Origin: Candidatus Woesearchaeota archaeon | GTDB taxonomy: Archaea; Nanobdellota; Nanobdellia; Pacearchaeales; GW2011-AR1 | Length of the DNA stretch: 24,232 nucleotides | Assembly: GCA_964419805.1 (NCBI GenBank) | Contig: CAYQQA010000002.1 | Coordinates: forward strand, 825-25,056 | Direction: 5' to 3' | In this document: piece by piece, positions 1 through 8,511 of the stretch | Numbering within the stretch: position 1 is the stretch's first letter | How the letters are laid out: each line of letters starts with the position of its first letter | Translations under genes and position numbers: made by a program | The notes under the pieces: model-generated | Database searches by the model: none | What the model was told of the DNA's origin: nothing | The model's input: the letters and a program-made list of their open reading frames with translations, nothing else

Positions 1-759
1 AAAAAAGTACTGGCAATAATCCAAGCCAGAATGAACTCTGGCAGACTTAGAGGGAAAGTAATGGCCAAAATAAATGGAGAACCTTGTTTAAGACAATTGT
101 ATAGCCGGTTGAAATATTCAAAGTATGTGGATGAAGTTGTTGTGTCCACGTCTAAAGAAGAAGATAGTAATATAATTGCAGAATATTGTTCAAAGAAAGA
201 AATATCTTTTTTTCGAGGAGATGAAAATGACTTGTTGGACAGAATTTATAAAACAGCTAAAAAATTTGAGGGGGAAATTTTGGTGAGGATAACTGGAGAC
301 TGCCCTTTGGTTGATCCAAAAATTGTTGATAAAACTTTATTTTTATTTTACAAAGGCAACTATGATTACTTTAATAACTTTGCGGAACCCACATTCCCCC
401 ACGGCCTTGATGTGGAAGTATTTACATACAAATCATTGGAAGATGCATGGAAAAATGTAAAAGACGCTCGGTTAAGATGCTTGGCAACTTTTGCAATATA
501 TTATAATAATGATGGCATTAAGATGGGCACTTTTAAAAATGAGAAAATTTTGAATAATATTAGAATTACTCTTGATTACGAGGAAGATTTAATCCTGATA
601 AGAGAGATATTTAGAAGACTAGCCCCAAATAATGAAATATTTTACATGCAAGATATTCTGAATCTTTTAGAGAAACATCCTGAATTAAACAAAATAAATG
701 AAATGAGAAAGGTCCATACGAGGTATGATGATCTCAAGGAATTTATAAATAAAAAATAG
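1..759 (+). CDS. spsF: SpsF/PseF-like acylneuraminate (nonulosonate) cytidylyltransferase, 5'-truncated by the window edge
   Basis: Frame 1 is open from base 1 and reads KKVLAIIQARMNSGRLRGKV, the N-terminal IIQARMxSxRLxGKV motif, so the start lies upstream of the window and not at ATG 31. Also has RITGDCPLVDP, FPHGLDVEVF and RITLDYEEDL, typical of the SpsF family. Confidence 0.85.
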   Translation, partial: KKVLAIIQARMNSGRLRGKVMAKINGEPCLRQLYSRLKYSKYVDEVVVSTSKEEDSNIIAEYCSKKEISFFRGDENDLLDRIYKTAKKFEGEILVRITGDCPLVDPKIVDKTLFLFYKGNYDYFNNFAEPTFPHGLDVEVFTYKSLEDAWKNVKDARLRCLATFAIYYNNDGIKMGTFKNEKILNNIRITLDYEEDLILIREIFRRLAPNNEIFYMQDILNLLEKHPELNKINEMRKVHTRYDDLKEFINKK

Positions 760-760
760 A

Positions 761-1312
761 ATGATAAAACCCTATTACCATGAGGAACTTTTTAGTTTAG
801 AAGGATTTGGAAGAAGGGATTTCCTCAGAGTTATGCCTGATTGGATAAACAATGAAAAGGTCACCCATTATATGGTCACAGGGCTCTATCCAGCAAACTA
901 CCAAAAACTAGCAGAGGTGTATGATCATGATTTGAAAGAAGGGAACATTGTTTTTGCAATTAGGGCAGGGGAATCTAAAGATATTGTTGGATCCACGGGC
1001 CTTTATAGATTTGATTGGCAATCAAGACATGCAGAATTTAGGATTATTATCGGGGATGAGGGAATGTGGGGAAAGGGAATTGGATCTAATGTTTGCAAAT
1101 TTTTGGTCCAGTATGGGTTTGAAAGATTGAATCTTAATAAAATATGGCTGGGAGTGAATGAAGAAAATAAGGCGGCTGTGAAATCATATGAAAACGCCGG
1201 TTTTCATCATGAAGGAAGTTTAAGACAAGAATTATTTAGAAATAATAAATATTATGATATCTTGAGGATGAGCATTTTAAAAGAAGAATATGAAACACAA
1301 AACAAAAACTAA
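761..1312 (+). CDS. GNAT N-acetyltransferase, RimJ/RimL/PseH-like
   Basis: 183 aa ORF with acetyl-CoA-binding WGKGIG, AEFRIIIG, LNLNKIWLGVNEENKAAVKSYENAGF and EGSLRQ. Starts 1 nt after the upstream stop. Confidence 0.85.
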   Translation: MIKPYYHEELFSLEGFGRRDFLRVMPDWINNEKVTHYMVTGLYPANYQKLAEVYDHDLKEGNIVFAIRAGESKDIVGSTGLYRFDWQSRHAEFRIIIGDEGMWGKGIGSNVCKFLVQYGFERLNLNKIWLGVNEENKAAVKSYENAGFHHEGSLRQELFRNNKYYDILRMSILKEEYETQNKN

Positions 1313-2366
1313 AGCAATTATAATTGGATGTGGAAACATTGGTTGTGGTTTGGACAACTTCAGTCCTGGATTCGTCTCAACACATCTTTCTGCGTACAAA
1401 AACAATGAAAATGTTTCTTTAGTTGGGGTTTGTGATTTGGACTTAAAAAAGGCCAGAGAAATTTCAGAAAAAAATAATATTCCTTTTTACTCAGACAATT
1501 TAATAGAAATTATGGGGAAAACAAATCCTGACGTGGTGAGTATTTGCGTTCCGGACGAGTCTCATTATGGTGTTTTTAAAAAAGTTGTTAATTTTAAATG
1601 TGTGAAAGGAATATGGTGTGAAAAACCAATTGCTGTGACTTTGGAACAAGCGGAAGAAATGTTGGCAACGTGCAATAAAAAAAATATTAAACTTTTGATA
1701 AATTATTACCGAAGGTATGATCAATTTTATAAAACAATTAAAAAAAATTTAAAAAATTTGGTTGGAGAAGTTCAGTGTGTTAGCGGTTATTATAGTGGCG
1801 GAATTGTGACTAATGGATCACATTTAATTGATTTACTCTGTTATTTTTTTGGTCCATGCAAATCAGTTTACGCTGCAATTAATAAAAATGAAAATGAATT
1901 AAATGATTTAAATTGTGGGTTAATTTTCAATGAGAATATTTTTGTAAATTTATCTCCTTGCAACAATGATAATTTTTCTATTTTAGAGCTTGACATTGTG
2001 GGGACTAATGCTAGATTAGATATTGTTGTTAAGCCCTTTGGTAGATACGATTACAGGTACTACGTAAAACAAAAAGATTCCTTGTTGAATGTAGAGTATA
2101 TTGGCAACAAAACTCTTAATTTAATTGATAAAAATATGAAAAGAGATTATTTTGAAAAAGAACTACTGGACCTTCTTCTTTCTATCGATAATAATTATAT
2201 GCCTCAATCCTGCACTAATGCAGTGCACGTTGTAGAAATCCTTAGCGCACTTGTTTTTTCTGCTCAAAACAAAAGTGTTTGGGTGGATTTGCCTTTTCAT
2301 GAAAAAAAAATTTTAATCCCAAAACAACAAGGAGATCTTAAAAAATGGAAAAACCAGCGATCTTAG
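1290..2366 (+). CDS. Gfo/Idh/MocA family NAD(P)-dependent oxidoreductase
   Basis: Rossmann IIGCGNIG, DVVSICVP..SH, the family CEKP motif, NYYRRY and NGSHLIDLL. Overlaps the upstream gene by 23 nt. Confidence 0.88.
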   Translation: MKHKTKTKAIIIGCGNIGCGLDNFSPGFVSTHLSAYKNNENVSLVGVCDLDLKKAREISEKNNIPFYSDNLIEIMGKTNPDVVSICVPDESHYGVFKKVVNFKCVKGIWCEKPIAVTLEQAEEMLATCNKKNIKLLINYYRRYDQFYKTIKKNLKNLVGEVQCVSGYYSGGIVTNGSHLIDLLCYFFGPCKSVYAAINKNENELNDLNCGLIFNENIFVNLSPCNNDNFSILELDIVGTNARLDIVVKPFGRYDYRYYVKQKDSLLNVEYIGNKTLNLIDKNMKRDYFEKELLDLLLSIDNNYMPQSCTNAVHVVEILSALVFSAQNKSVWVDLPFHEKKILIPKQQGDLKKWKNQRS

Positions 2367-3616
2367 GGGGAGACCCCGTACTTCATGAAGGTTTGCCTGT
2401 AACCAATAACATTGGCTTTGAAGAAAAAAAAGAAGTTTTAGAGGTGTTGGAAAGTGGTGTCCTTTCAGATTTTTTAGCCAATGCAGGAGATAAATTTCTA
2501 GGGGGAAAAACTGTCTTAGAGCTCGAAAGCGAGTTTAAAAAAAAGTTTGGAGTGAAATATGCAATATCTTTTAATTCCGCAACTACTGCTCTTGATGCAG
2601 CTGTTTGTTGCTTGGATATATGTCCGGGGGACGAGGTAATTGTTTCTCCTTACACAATGTCTGCTTCAGCAACCTCTATTTTAATGAATGGAGCAATCCC
2701 TATTTTTGCAGATATAGAAGAAGATAGTTTTTGTTTGAATTCCCATTCAATAAGAGAACGAATAACAGAAAAAACAAAAGCAATTATGGTGACAAATATT
2801 TTTGGAGGATCTGCACGGTATGACGAAATAATTGAAATTGCAAAAAACTTTAATTTGAAAATAATCGAAGATAATGCCCAAGCTCCTGGAGGAATTTACA
2901 AAAATAGATTATTGGGAACTATTGGAGATGTTGGAGTTTTTAGCTTTAACCGTCACAAAACTATGCAGTGTGGTGAAGGAGGAGTTTTGATTACCAACAA
3001 TAAAGATTATGCATTCAGAGCCCAACTAAAAAGGAATCATGGAGAGGTCATACTTGACGATTTAAAAATAGATGAAAAATTTATTCTAGGAAGCAATTAT
3101 CGGCTTACAGAAGTAAATGCAGCAATAGCCAAGGCCCAACTAAAGAAATTAGATTTTTTAAATGAAAGAAGAATACTCTTAGCAGAATATTTATCAGAGA
3201 AATTAAAAGGCATTGAAGGATTAACCCCTGTTTATGTTTTGCCAGATTCCACTCATGTGTATTATTTATACCCTATAAAATTTGATGAGCAAAAATTTGG
3301 AATCTCGCGAGAATTATTTGTCAAGGCAATGAAAAAAGAAGGATTTAATTTAAACTCAGGTTATCTCAAGCCATTGCATCTTTTATCTTTATTCCAAAAA
3401 AAGAAAATTTATAAAAATTCTGGATATCCGTTTACCTTAAATAAGGATCTAAATTATTCTAAAGGAATTTGCCCTGTGGCTGAAAAATTTTATGAAAAAG
3501 AACTAATCTTAACAGACATCTGCAGATATCCTTTGAGTAAACTCCATGTGAATCTTTTTATAAAAGCTATTGAGAAAATAATTTCAAATAAAAAATTATT
3601 GAAACATATAAAATGA
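2345..3616 (+). CDS. DegT/DnrJ/EryC1/StrS family PLP-dependent sugar aminotransferase
   Basis: FNSATTAL, PGDEVIVSPYTMSASA, IIEDNAQAPG, FSFNRHKTMQCGEGG (PLP lysine) and GSNYRLTE. A GGAG lies about 10 nt upstream of the ATG. Confidence 0.92.
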   Translation: MEKPAILGGDPVLHEGLPVTNNIGFEEKKEVLEVLESGVLSDFLANAGDKFLGGKTVLELESEFKKKFGVKYAISFNSATTALDAAVCCLDICPGDEVIVSPYTMSASATSILMNGAIPIFADIEEDSFCLNSHSIRERITEKTKAIMVTNIFGGSARYDEIIEIAKNFNLKIIEDNAQAPGGIYKNRLLGTIGDVGVFSFNRHKTMQCGEGGVLITNNKDYAFRAQLKRNHGEVILDDLKIDEKFILGSNYRLTEVNAAIAKAQLKKLDFLNERRILLAEYLSEKLKGIEGLTPVYVLPDSTHVYYLYPIKFDEQKFGISRELFVKAMKKEGFNLNSGYLKPLHLLSLFQKKKIYKNSGYPFTLNKDLNYSKGICPVAEKFYEKELILTDICRYPLSKLHVNLFIKAIEKIISNKKLLKHIK

Positions 3617-4662
3617 ATGTTTTATTTGCAGGTCAAGACTTAGGAGGTTCTGAGGCTATCCTTCCCGTTGCATTAGCTCTAAAAAAAAATCAGAATAATA
3701 AAATAGTTTGTTTTATGGAAAGCTTAGGCAAAAAATTATTTATCAAAAATAATTTGTCTTGTGAGGATTTAGAATTTTTAAGGGATTCTCAAATCCATGA
3801 AAAAATTGTATCATTCAAACCAGACATCATAGTTACAGGAACTAGTCTCGGTTTAACCATCGATAAAAAAATAATCAAACACGCCAAGAAATTATCTATA
3901 AAATCTTTGAGTATAATTGATTACTGGGCTAATTACAAAAAAAGATTTTTAAAAACTGGAGACGGCACTTTTTATTTACCCGATTTTATATGCGTTATTG
4001 ATGATTTTATGAAACAAGAAATGATTGATGAAGGCTTTGATGGCAAAAAATTAAAAGTAACCGGTAATCCCCATTTCGACGAGTTTGCAGAGAAAAACCA
4101 TAACTCTTTAAAAAACCAATTGTTATTCATTGAGCAACCTATGTTTGACCTCAAAAAATTTGGATTAGAGGTGGGATACGACGAAGTTGAAGTTTTATCA
4201 GATATTTTGGAAATACTGAAATTTATAAACAGTAAAAATAAAAAAAAATGTTATTTATTATTGAGAATTCATCCAAGAAGTAACAAGAATCGGTTTTTGC
4301 CTTTATTAAAAAAATTTCCCGATCTTATAATATTGGACAAAAATAAAAACCTATCCGAATCAATCTCAAAATCGAGAATCGTTTTAGGGATGTCTTCTGT
4401 CGGGCTTTTTCAAGCATTTTTGGGAGGTGTAGAAGTAATGAGCTATCAACCAAATATCTCTTCAAAAACAGACGCATCTATATTAAATAAATTAGGTGTC
4501 GTAAAATCAATTTACTCTAAAGGAGAATTAAAAAGTAAACTCATAGACACATTGGCTTCAAAAAATTATGTTTTCAAAAAACATGATATGTTTAAAAAAT
4601 ATGTTGAGAATAACTCTACTGAAAAAATCATAAAATTAATCTCTCAAATTGTTTCTACATAA
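3613..4662 (+). CDS. GT-B-fold protein of CDP-glycerol glycerophosphotransferase/polysialyltransferase-like type; candidate CMP-nonulosonate transferase
   Basis: 349 aa ORF with ATGA overlap. Motifs QDLGGSEAILPV, IIDYWANY, LPDFICVID, VTGNPHFD and an HP motif (LRIHPRS) followed by LGMSSVGL, as in GT-B enzymes that use cytidine-nucleotide donors. The exact activity is inferred from context. Confidence 0.55.
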   Translation: MNVLFAGQDLGGSEAILPVALALKKNQNNKIVCFMESLGKKLFIKNNLSCEDLEFLRDSQIHEKIVSFKPDIIVTGTSLGLTIDKKIIKHAKKLSIKSLSIIDYWANYKKRFLKTGDGTFYLPDFICVIDDFMKQEMIDEGFDGKKLKVTGNPHFDEFAEKNHNSLKNQLLFIEQPMFDLKKFGLEVGYDEVEVLSDILEILKFINSKNKKKCYLLLRIHPRSNKNRFLPLLKKFPDLIILDKNKNLSESISKSRIVLGMSSVGLFQAFLGGVEVMSYQPNISSKTDASILNKLGVVKSIYSKGELKSKLIDTLASKNYVFKKHDMFKKYVENNSTEKIIKLISQIVST

Positions 4663-4718
4663 AACTTATAATCTAATTTAAGCAAATTGAACCTATGTCG
4701 TAATTTACCACATATAAA

Positions 4719-4726
4719 CTTAAAAA
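4719..4726 (+). promoter_or_regulatory. Putative archaeal TATA box (CTTAAAAA) for the pseB-like module
   Basis: Octamer ends 21 nt before ATG 4748, the same spacing seen at six other gene starts. A second candidate, ATATAAAC (4712-4719), would fit ATG 4739. Confidence 0.5.
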
Positions 4727-4747
4727 TAACAAGATTCAATGAAATCT

Positions 4748-5809
4748 ATGATTAATTTAAAAAAGATGTTTAAAAACAAAACCATTTTAATAACTGGTGG
4801 AACAGGATTTCTTGGCAGATCTTTAGTTAAGGAAATTTTAAAATATTCTCCCAAAAGTATAAGGGTCTTTAGCAGAGATGAATTAAAACACCATGAAATG
4901 GAATCAAAGTTAGGCAAAGATTATCGTGTTGACAAAATAAGGCATCTTATTGGAGATGTAAGAGATTATGAAAGAGTATTAAACGCAACAAAAGGCGTCG
5001 ATATATTGATCCATGCTGCAGCCCTAAAAAGAATAGATCTTATAGAATATAATGTTGAAGAAGCAATAAAAACCAATATCCTAGGATGTGTGAACATTGC
5101 AAGGGCAAGCCTTAAAAATAAGGTTAAAAAAGTAATATTTGTCTCAACAGATAAAGCATGTTCTCCAATAAATACTTATGGTGCATGCAAGTTCCTAGGA
5201 GAGAGATTATTTTTGGAAAGCAACTATAGTAGAGGATCTTCAATAACCAAGTTCATAGTAGTAAGATATGGGAATGTTTTAGATAGCACAGGATCGGTTA
5301 TTCCCTTTTTCAAAAACAAAATAAAAAATAATCAAATAATTCCTTTAACAAGCACAAAAATGACTCGGTTTATAATTACTCCTCAACAAGCCGTGGAGCT
5401 TATTTTTAATGCAATATTTTATGGGCAAGGAGGAGAGATTTTTGTTCCAAAACTGCCTGCAATGAGACTTCCAGATTTAATAGATCTTTTAAAAGAAGAA
5501 ATTGGAACGAGCCCTCCCGTTAAGGTAATAGGTTTAAGACCTGGAGAAAAAATAGATGAATTAATGATCAACGAATCAGAATCTTCAAGAACATATGAAT
5601 TTAAAAAAATGTATGTGATTATGTCGATTATCGAAGAATTTAAGCCATGGCATAAACAACTAAAAGAAATGGCCTGGGCTAAGGAAGGAAAAAAATTAAA
5701 AAAAGATTTTAAAGAATATAACTCAAAAGATGCATGCTTGCCTAAAGAAAAAATCAAGAAAATTTTAATGCCTTTAATTGAAAATGAAAATTTTAATAAC
5801 TGGAGCTAA
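4748..5809 (+). CDS. pseB: UDP-N-acetylglucosamine 4,6-dehydratase, PseB/FlaA1/CapD family
   Basis: ITGGTGFLG, VFSRDELK, IGDVRD, HAAALK, KTNILG, STDKACSPINTYGACK, VRYGNVLDSTGSVIPFF and GLRPGEKIDE. In-frame ATGs at 4739, 4748 and 4766; 4748 was chosen from the TATA spacing. Confidence 0.88.
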   Translation: MINLKKMFKNKTILITGGTGFLGRSLVKEILKYSPKSIRVFSRDELKHHEMESKLGKDYRVDKIRHLIGDVRDYERVLNATKGVDILIHAAALKRIDLIEYNVEEAIKTNILGCVNIARASLKNKVKKVIFVSTDKACSPINTYGACKFLGERLFLESNYSRGSSITKFIVVRYGNVLDSTGSVIPFFKNKIKNNQIIPLTSTKMTRFIITPQQAVELIFNAIFYGQGGEIFVPKLPAMRLPDLIDLLKEEIGTSPPVKVIGLRPGEKIDELMINESESSRTYEFKKMYVIMSIIEEFKPWHKQLKEMAWAKEGKKLKKDFKEYNSKDACLPKEKIKKILMPLIENENFNNWS

Positions 5810-7808
5810 CGGGCTCTTAGGATCTAATTTAGTTTTTTTATATTCCAAACACAATGAAGTACATGCAACAAGCAGAAGTAAAACAACCTTTAAAAATTGC
5901 TTCAATCATAAATTAGATATTCTTAATTTTGAAGATTTGAAAATAATTAAAAATATAAAACCTGATTTGGTGGTCCATTGTGCAGCACTTACAAATGTTG
6001 ATTACTGTGAAGAAAATACTCGAGAAGCATATGAAATTAACGTGGAGGGAACAAGAAATTTAATAAATGCGTGCAAGAATCTCAATTGTTATTTTGTTCA
6101 CATTTCGACAGATGCGGTTTTTAATGGAAATTTGAGCAACTATTCCGAAGAGAATATTCCTGATCCAATAAATGTATATGGGCGGACAAAATTAGAAGCA
6201 GAAAAAATAGTTCAAGATTCTGGACTTGACTATTGCATTCTTAGGACAAATATTTATGGGTGGAATTTTAAAGATAAACAAAGTCTTGCAGAGTGGATTC
6301 TTTCTGAGCTCAAAGAAAATAAAAAAACTCCAGGTTGTAAAGACATTTTTTTTCCTCCAATTACTGTGACCAATTTAGGAAGAATTATTTTAGAAATCTA
6401 TGAAAAAAATTTAAGAGGAATTTTTCATGTGGGGGGATCTGAATCTTGTTCGAAATTTGAATTTACAAAATCTATTGCAAAAATTTTTGGTTATGATGAA
6501 AATTTGATTTGTCCAAAAAACTCAGATGAAATTAATTTCAAAGCCAAGAGAGCTAAAAACATGATTCTAAATGTCCAAAAATCCAGACAGCTTTTAAATA
6601 CTAAGATAAAAAATATTGTTGAAGGAATTCAAGAATTTAAAGATTTAAAAGACAAAGGATATGTGAAAGAATTAAAAGAATCTGATAAAAAATTACTATT
6701 AAGCCTACAAAAGATTAATAAGCAAAGTAATTGTCAAGAAAATATGGAAATAAAAATAGGAAATAACTTTTTGGGAAATTGTAGGCCAGTTTATTTTATA
6801 GCAGACATAGCTGCAAACCATGATGGAGATTTAGAAAGAGCTAAAATGCTTATAAGACTTGCAAAAGAAGCAGGAGCCAATGCAGCAAAATTTCAACATT
6901 ATGATGTAAAACATTGTGTGAGTGAAAAAGGTTTTGAATCTCTTGGGGGGAAATTTTCGCACCAATCAGAATGGAATAAATCTGTTTTCCAAGTATACAA
7001 AGATGCAGAGGTGCCCACTAATTGGACGGCCGAGCTAAAAAAATACTGTGATGAAATTGGCATAGATTTTTTTTCCACGCCCTATGATCTTTATATGGTG
7101 GATCATTTAGATGAATATTCTCCTGCATTTAAAATTGGATCAGGTGATATTAATTTTTCCCAAATGCTTGAAAAAGTTGCAAAAAAATTGAAGCCCGTTC
7201 TTTTGTCTACCGGAGCTTCAACCTTGGGAGAAGTTCAAAAAGCAGTCGAACTTGTAACCTCAATAAATAAACAGGTTATATTATTGCAATGTAACACAAA
7301 TTATACTGCACAAGATATGAATTTTGACCACATAAATCTAAATGTTCTTAAGACTTATAGACAGATGTATCCAAATATGGTTCTTGGTTTATCCGACCAT
7401 ACAAAAGGGCATTCTACCGTTCTTGGTGCGGTTGCATTAGGTGCGAGAGTAATAGAAAAGCATTTTACAGATGATGTAACAAGGCTCGGTCCGGATCATC
7501 CTTTTTCAATGGATCCTAAAACATGGAAAGAAATGGTGGATAGGACTAGAGAATTAGAGAGATCCATGGGAAGCTCCTTAAGAAAAGTTGAAGAAAATGA
7601 AAAGGATACAGTTATCCTCCAAAGAAGATGCATAAGGGCAAGTAGGGATATTTTCCAAGGGCAAACACTAACTTCGGCGGATTTAGAATTCCAAAGGCCT
7701 GCCCCCAAAGGAAGTTTGGAACCTTGTTTTGAAAATGAAGTTATAGGAAAAAAAGCCAAAATAAACATATTCAATGAAGAACCCCTCAGCTTTTCAAATA
7801 TAGAATAA
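5784..7808 (+). CDS. neuB: Fusion ORF: N-terminal RmlD-like (dTDP-4-dehydrorhamnose reductase family) SDR plus C-terminal NeuB/PseI/SpsE-type nonulosonate synthase with SAF/AFP domain
   Basis: N-half: ITGANGLLG, HCAALTNVDYCE, HISTDAVF, PINVYGRTKL. C-half from Met at 6744: FIADIAANHDG, AAKFQ, FFSTPYD, KIGSGD, LSTG, GLSDHT, IEKHFT, GPDH, RRCIRA..DI..G. The ORF track start at 5778 is TTG; ATG 5784 (MKILITG) is more plausible. Confidence 0.88.
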   Translation: MKILITGANGLLGSNLVFLYSKHNEVHATSRSKTTFKNCFNHKLDILNFEDLKIIKNIKPDLVVHCAALTNVDYCEENTREAYEINVEGTRNLINACKNLNCYFVHISTDAVFNGNLSNYSEENIPDPINVYGRTKLEAEKIVQDSGLDYCILRTNIYGWNFKDKQSLAEWILSELKENKKTPGCKDIFFPPITVTNLGRIILEIYEKNLRGIFHVGGSESCSKFEFTKSIAKIFGYDENLICPKNSDEINFKAKRAKNMILNVQKSRQLLNTKIKNIVEGIQEFKDLKDKGYVKELKESDKKLLLSLQKINKQSNCQENMEIKIGNNFLGNCRPVYFIADIAANHDGDLERAKMLIRLAKEAGANAAKFQHYDVKHCVSEKGFESLGGKFSHQSEWNKSVFQVYKDAEVPTNWTAELKKYCDEIGIDFFSTPYDLYMVDHLDEYSPAFKIGSGDINFSQMLEKVAKKLKPVLLSTGASTLGEVQKAVELVTSINKQVILLQCNTNYTAQDMNFDHINLNVLKTYRQMYPNMVLGLSDHTKGHSTVLGAVALGARVIEKHFTDDVTRLGPDHPFSMDPKTWKEMVDRTRELERSMGSSLRKVEENEKDTVILQRRCIRASRDIFQGQTLTSADLEFQRPAPKGSLEPCFENEVIGKKAKINIFNEEPLSFSNIE

Positions 7809-7809
7809 A

Positions 7810-8511
7810 ATGAAAATATTAGTAATTTCGGCACACCCCGATGATGAAATACTTGGGTGTGGGGCAACAATAGCCAAATATATCAATCAAGGCCACGAAG
7901 TAGAGATTTTAATAGTTGGAGATGGAATTACCGCGAGGCATGAGGAATTTGAATTGGGCAATCCCGAAGTAATCCAAAAAATAGAAAGTATAAACATGGA
8001 TGCAAAAAAAGCTTCTTTAAGGTTGGGGGTAAAAAATATAGAAATTAAAAGTTTAAAATGTATGAGGTTTGACAAATATCCTTTTCTTGATATTGTTAAC
8101 ATACTAAGAAAAAAAGTAAGAAGCTTTAAACCAGATATTGTATTCACACACCATTATGGGGACTATAATCCCGACCATAGAATAGTCCATAATGCAACTC
8201 TTTTTGCATGCAGGCCTGCTTTTGGAGAATTTTATCCAAAAGAAATATATTGTTATGAGGTTCTTTCATCGACTGAAAGAGCTTTTCAAGGACCTCAATT
8301 TATTTTTTGCCCAAATGTTTTTGTTAACATCAAAGATACAATTAAGGATAAGTTGGATGCAATGAAGAATTATCTTTCGGAAGTCAACCCATACCCTCAT
8401 GCAAGGAGTTTAGAAGGGATAGAAAACTTAGCAAAAAAAAGAGGAAACGAAGTAAGTTTAGAATATGCGGAAGCATTTATGTTAGTTAGGTCTCTTAAAG
8501 ATGAAAAATAA
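7810..8511 (+). CDS. PIG-L/LmbE family N-acetyl-sugar deacetylase
   Basis: AHPDDEILGCG metal motif, FTHHYGDYNPDHRIV, YEVLSSTE, YPHARS and AEAF. Confidence 0.9.
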   Translation: MKILVISAHPDDEILGCGATIAKYINQGHEVEILIVGDGITARHEEFELGNPEVIQKIESINMDAKKASLRLGVKNIEIKSLKCMRFDKYPFLDIVNILRKKVRSFKPDIVFTHHYGDYNPDHRIVHNATLFACRPAFGEFYPKEIYCYEVLSSTERAFQGPQFIFCPNVFVNIKDTIKDKLDAMKNYLSEVNPYPHARSLEGIENLAKKRGNEVSLEYAEAFMLVRSLKDEK

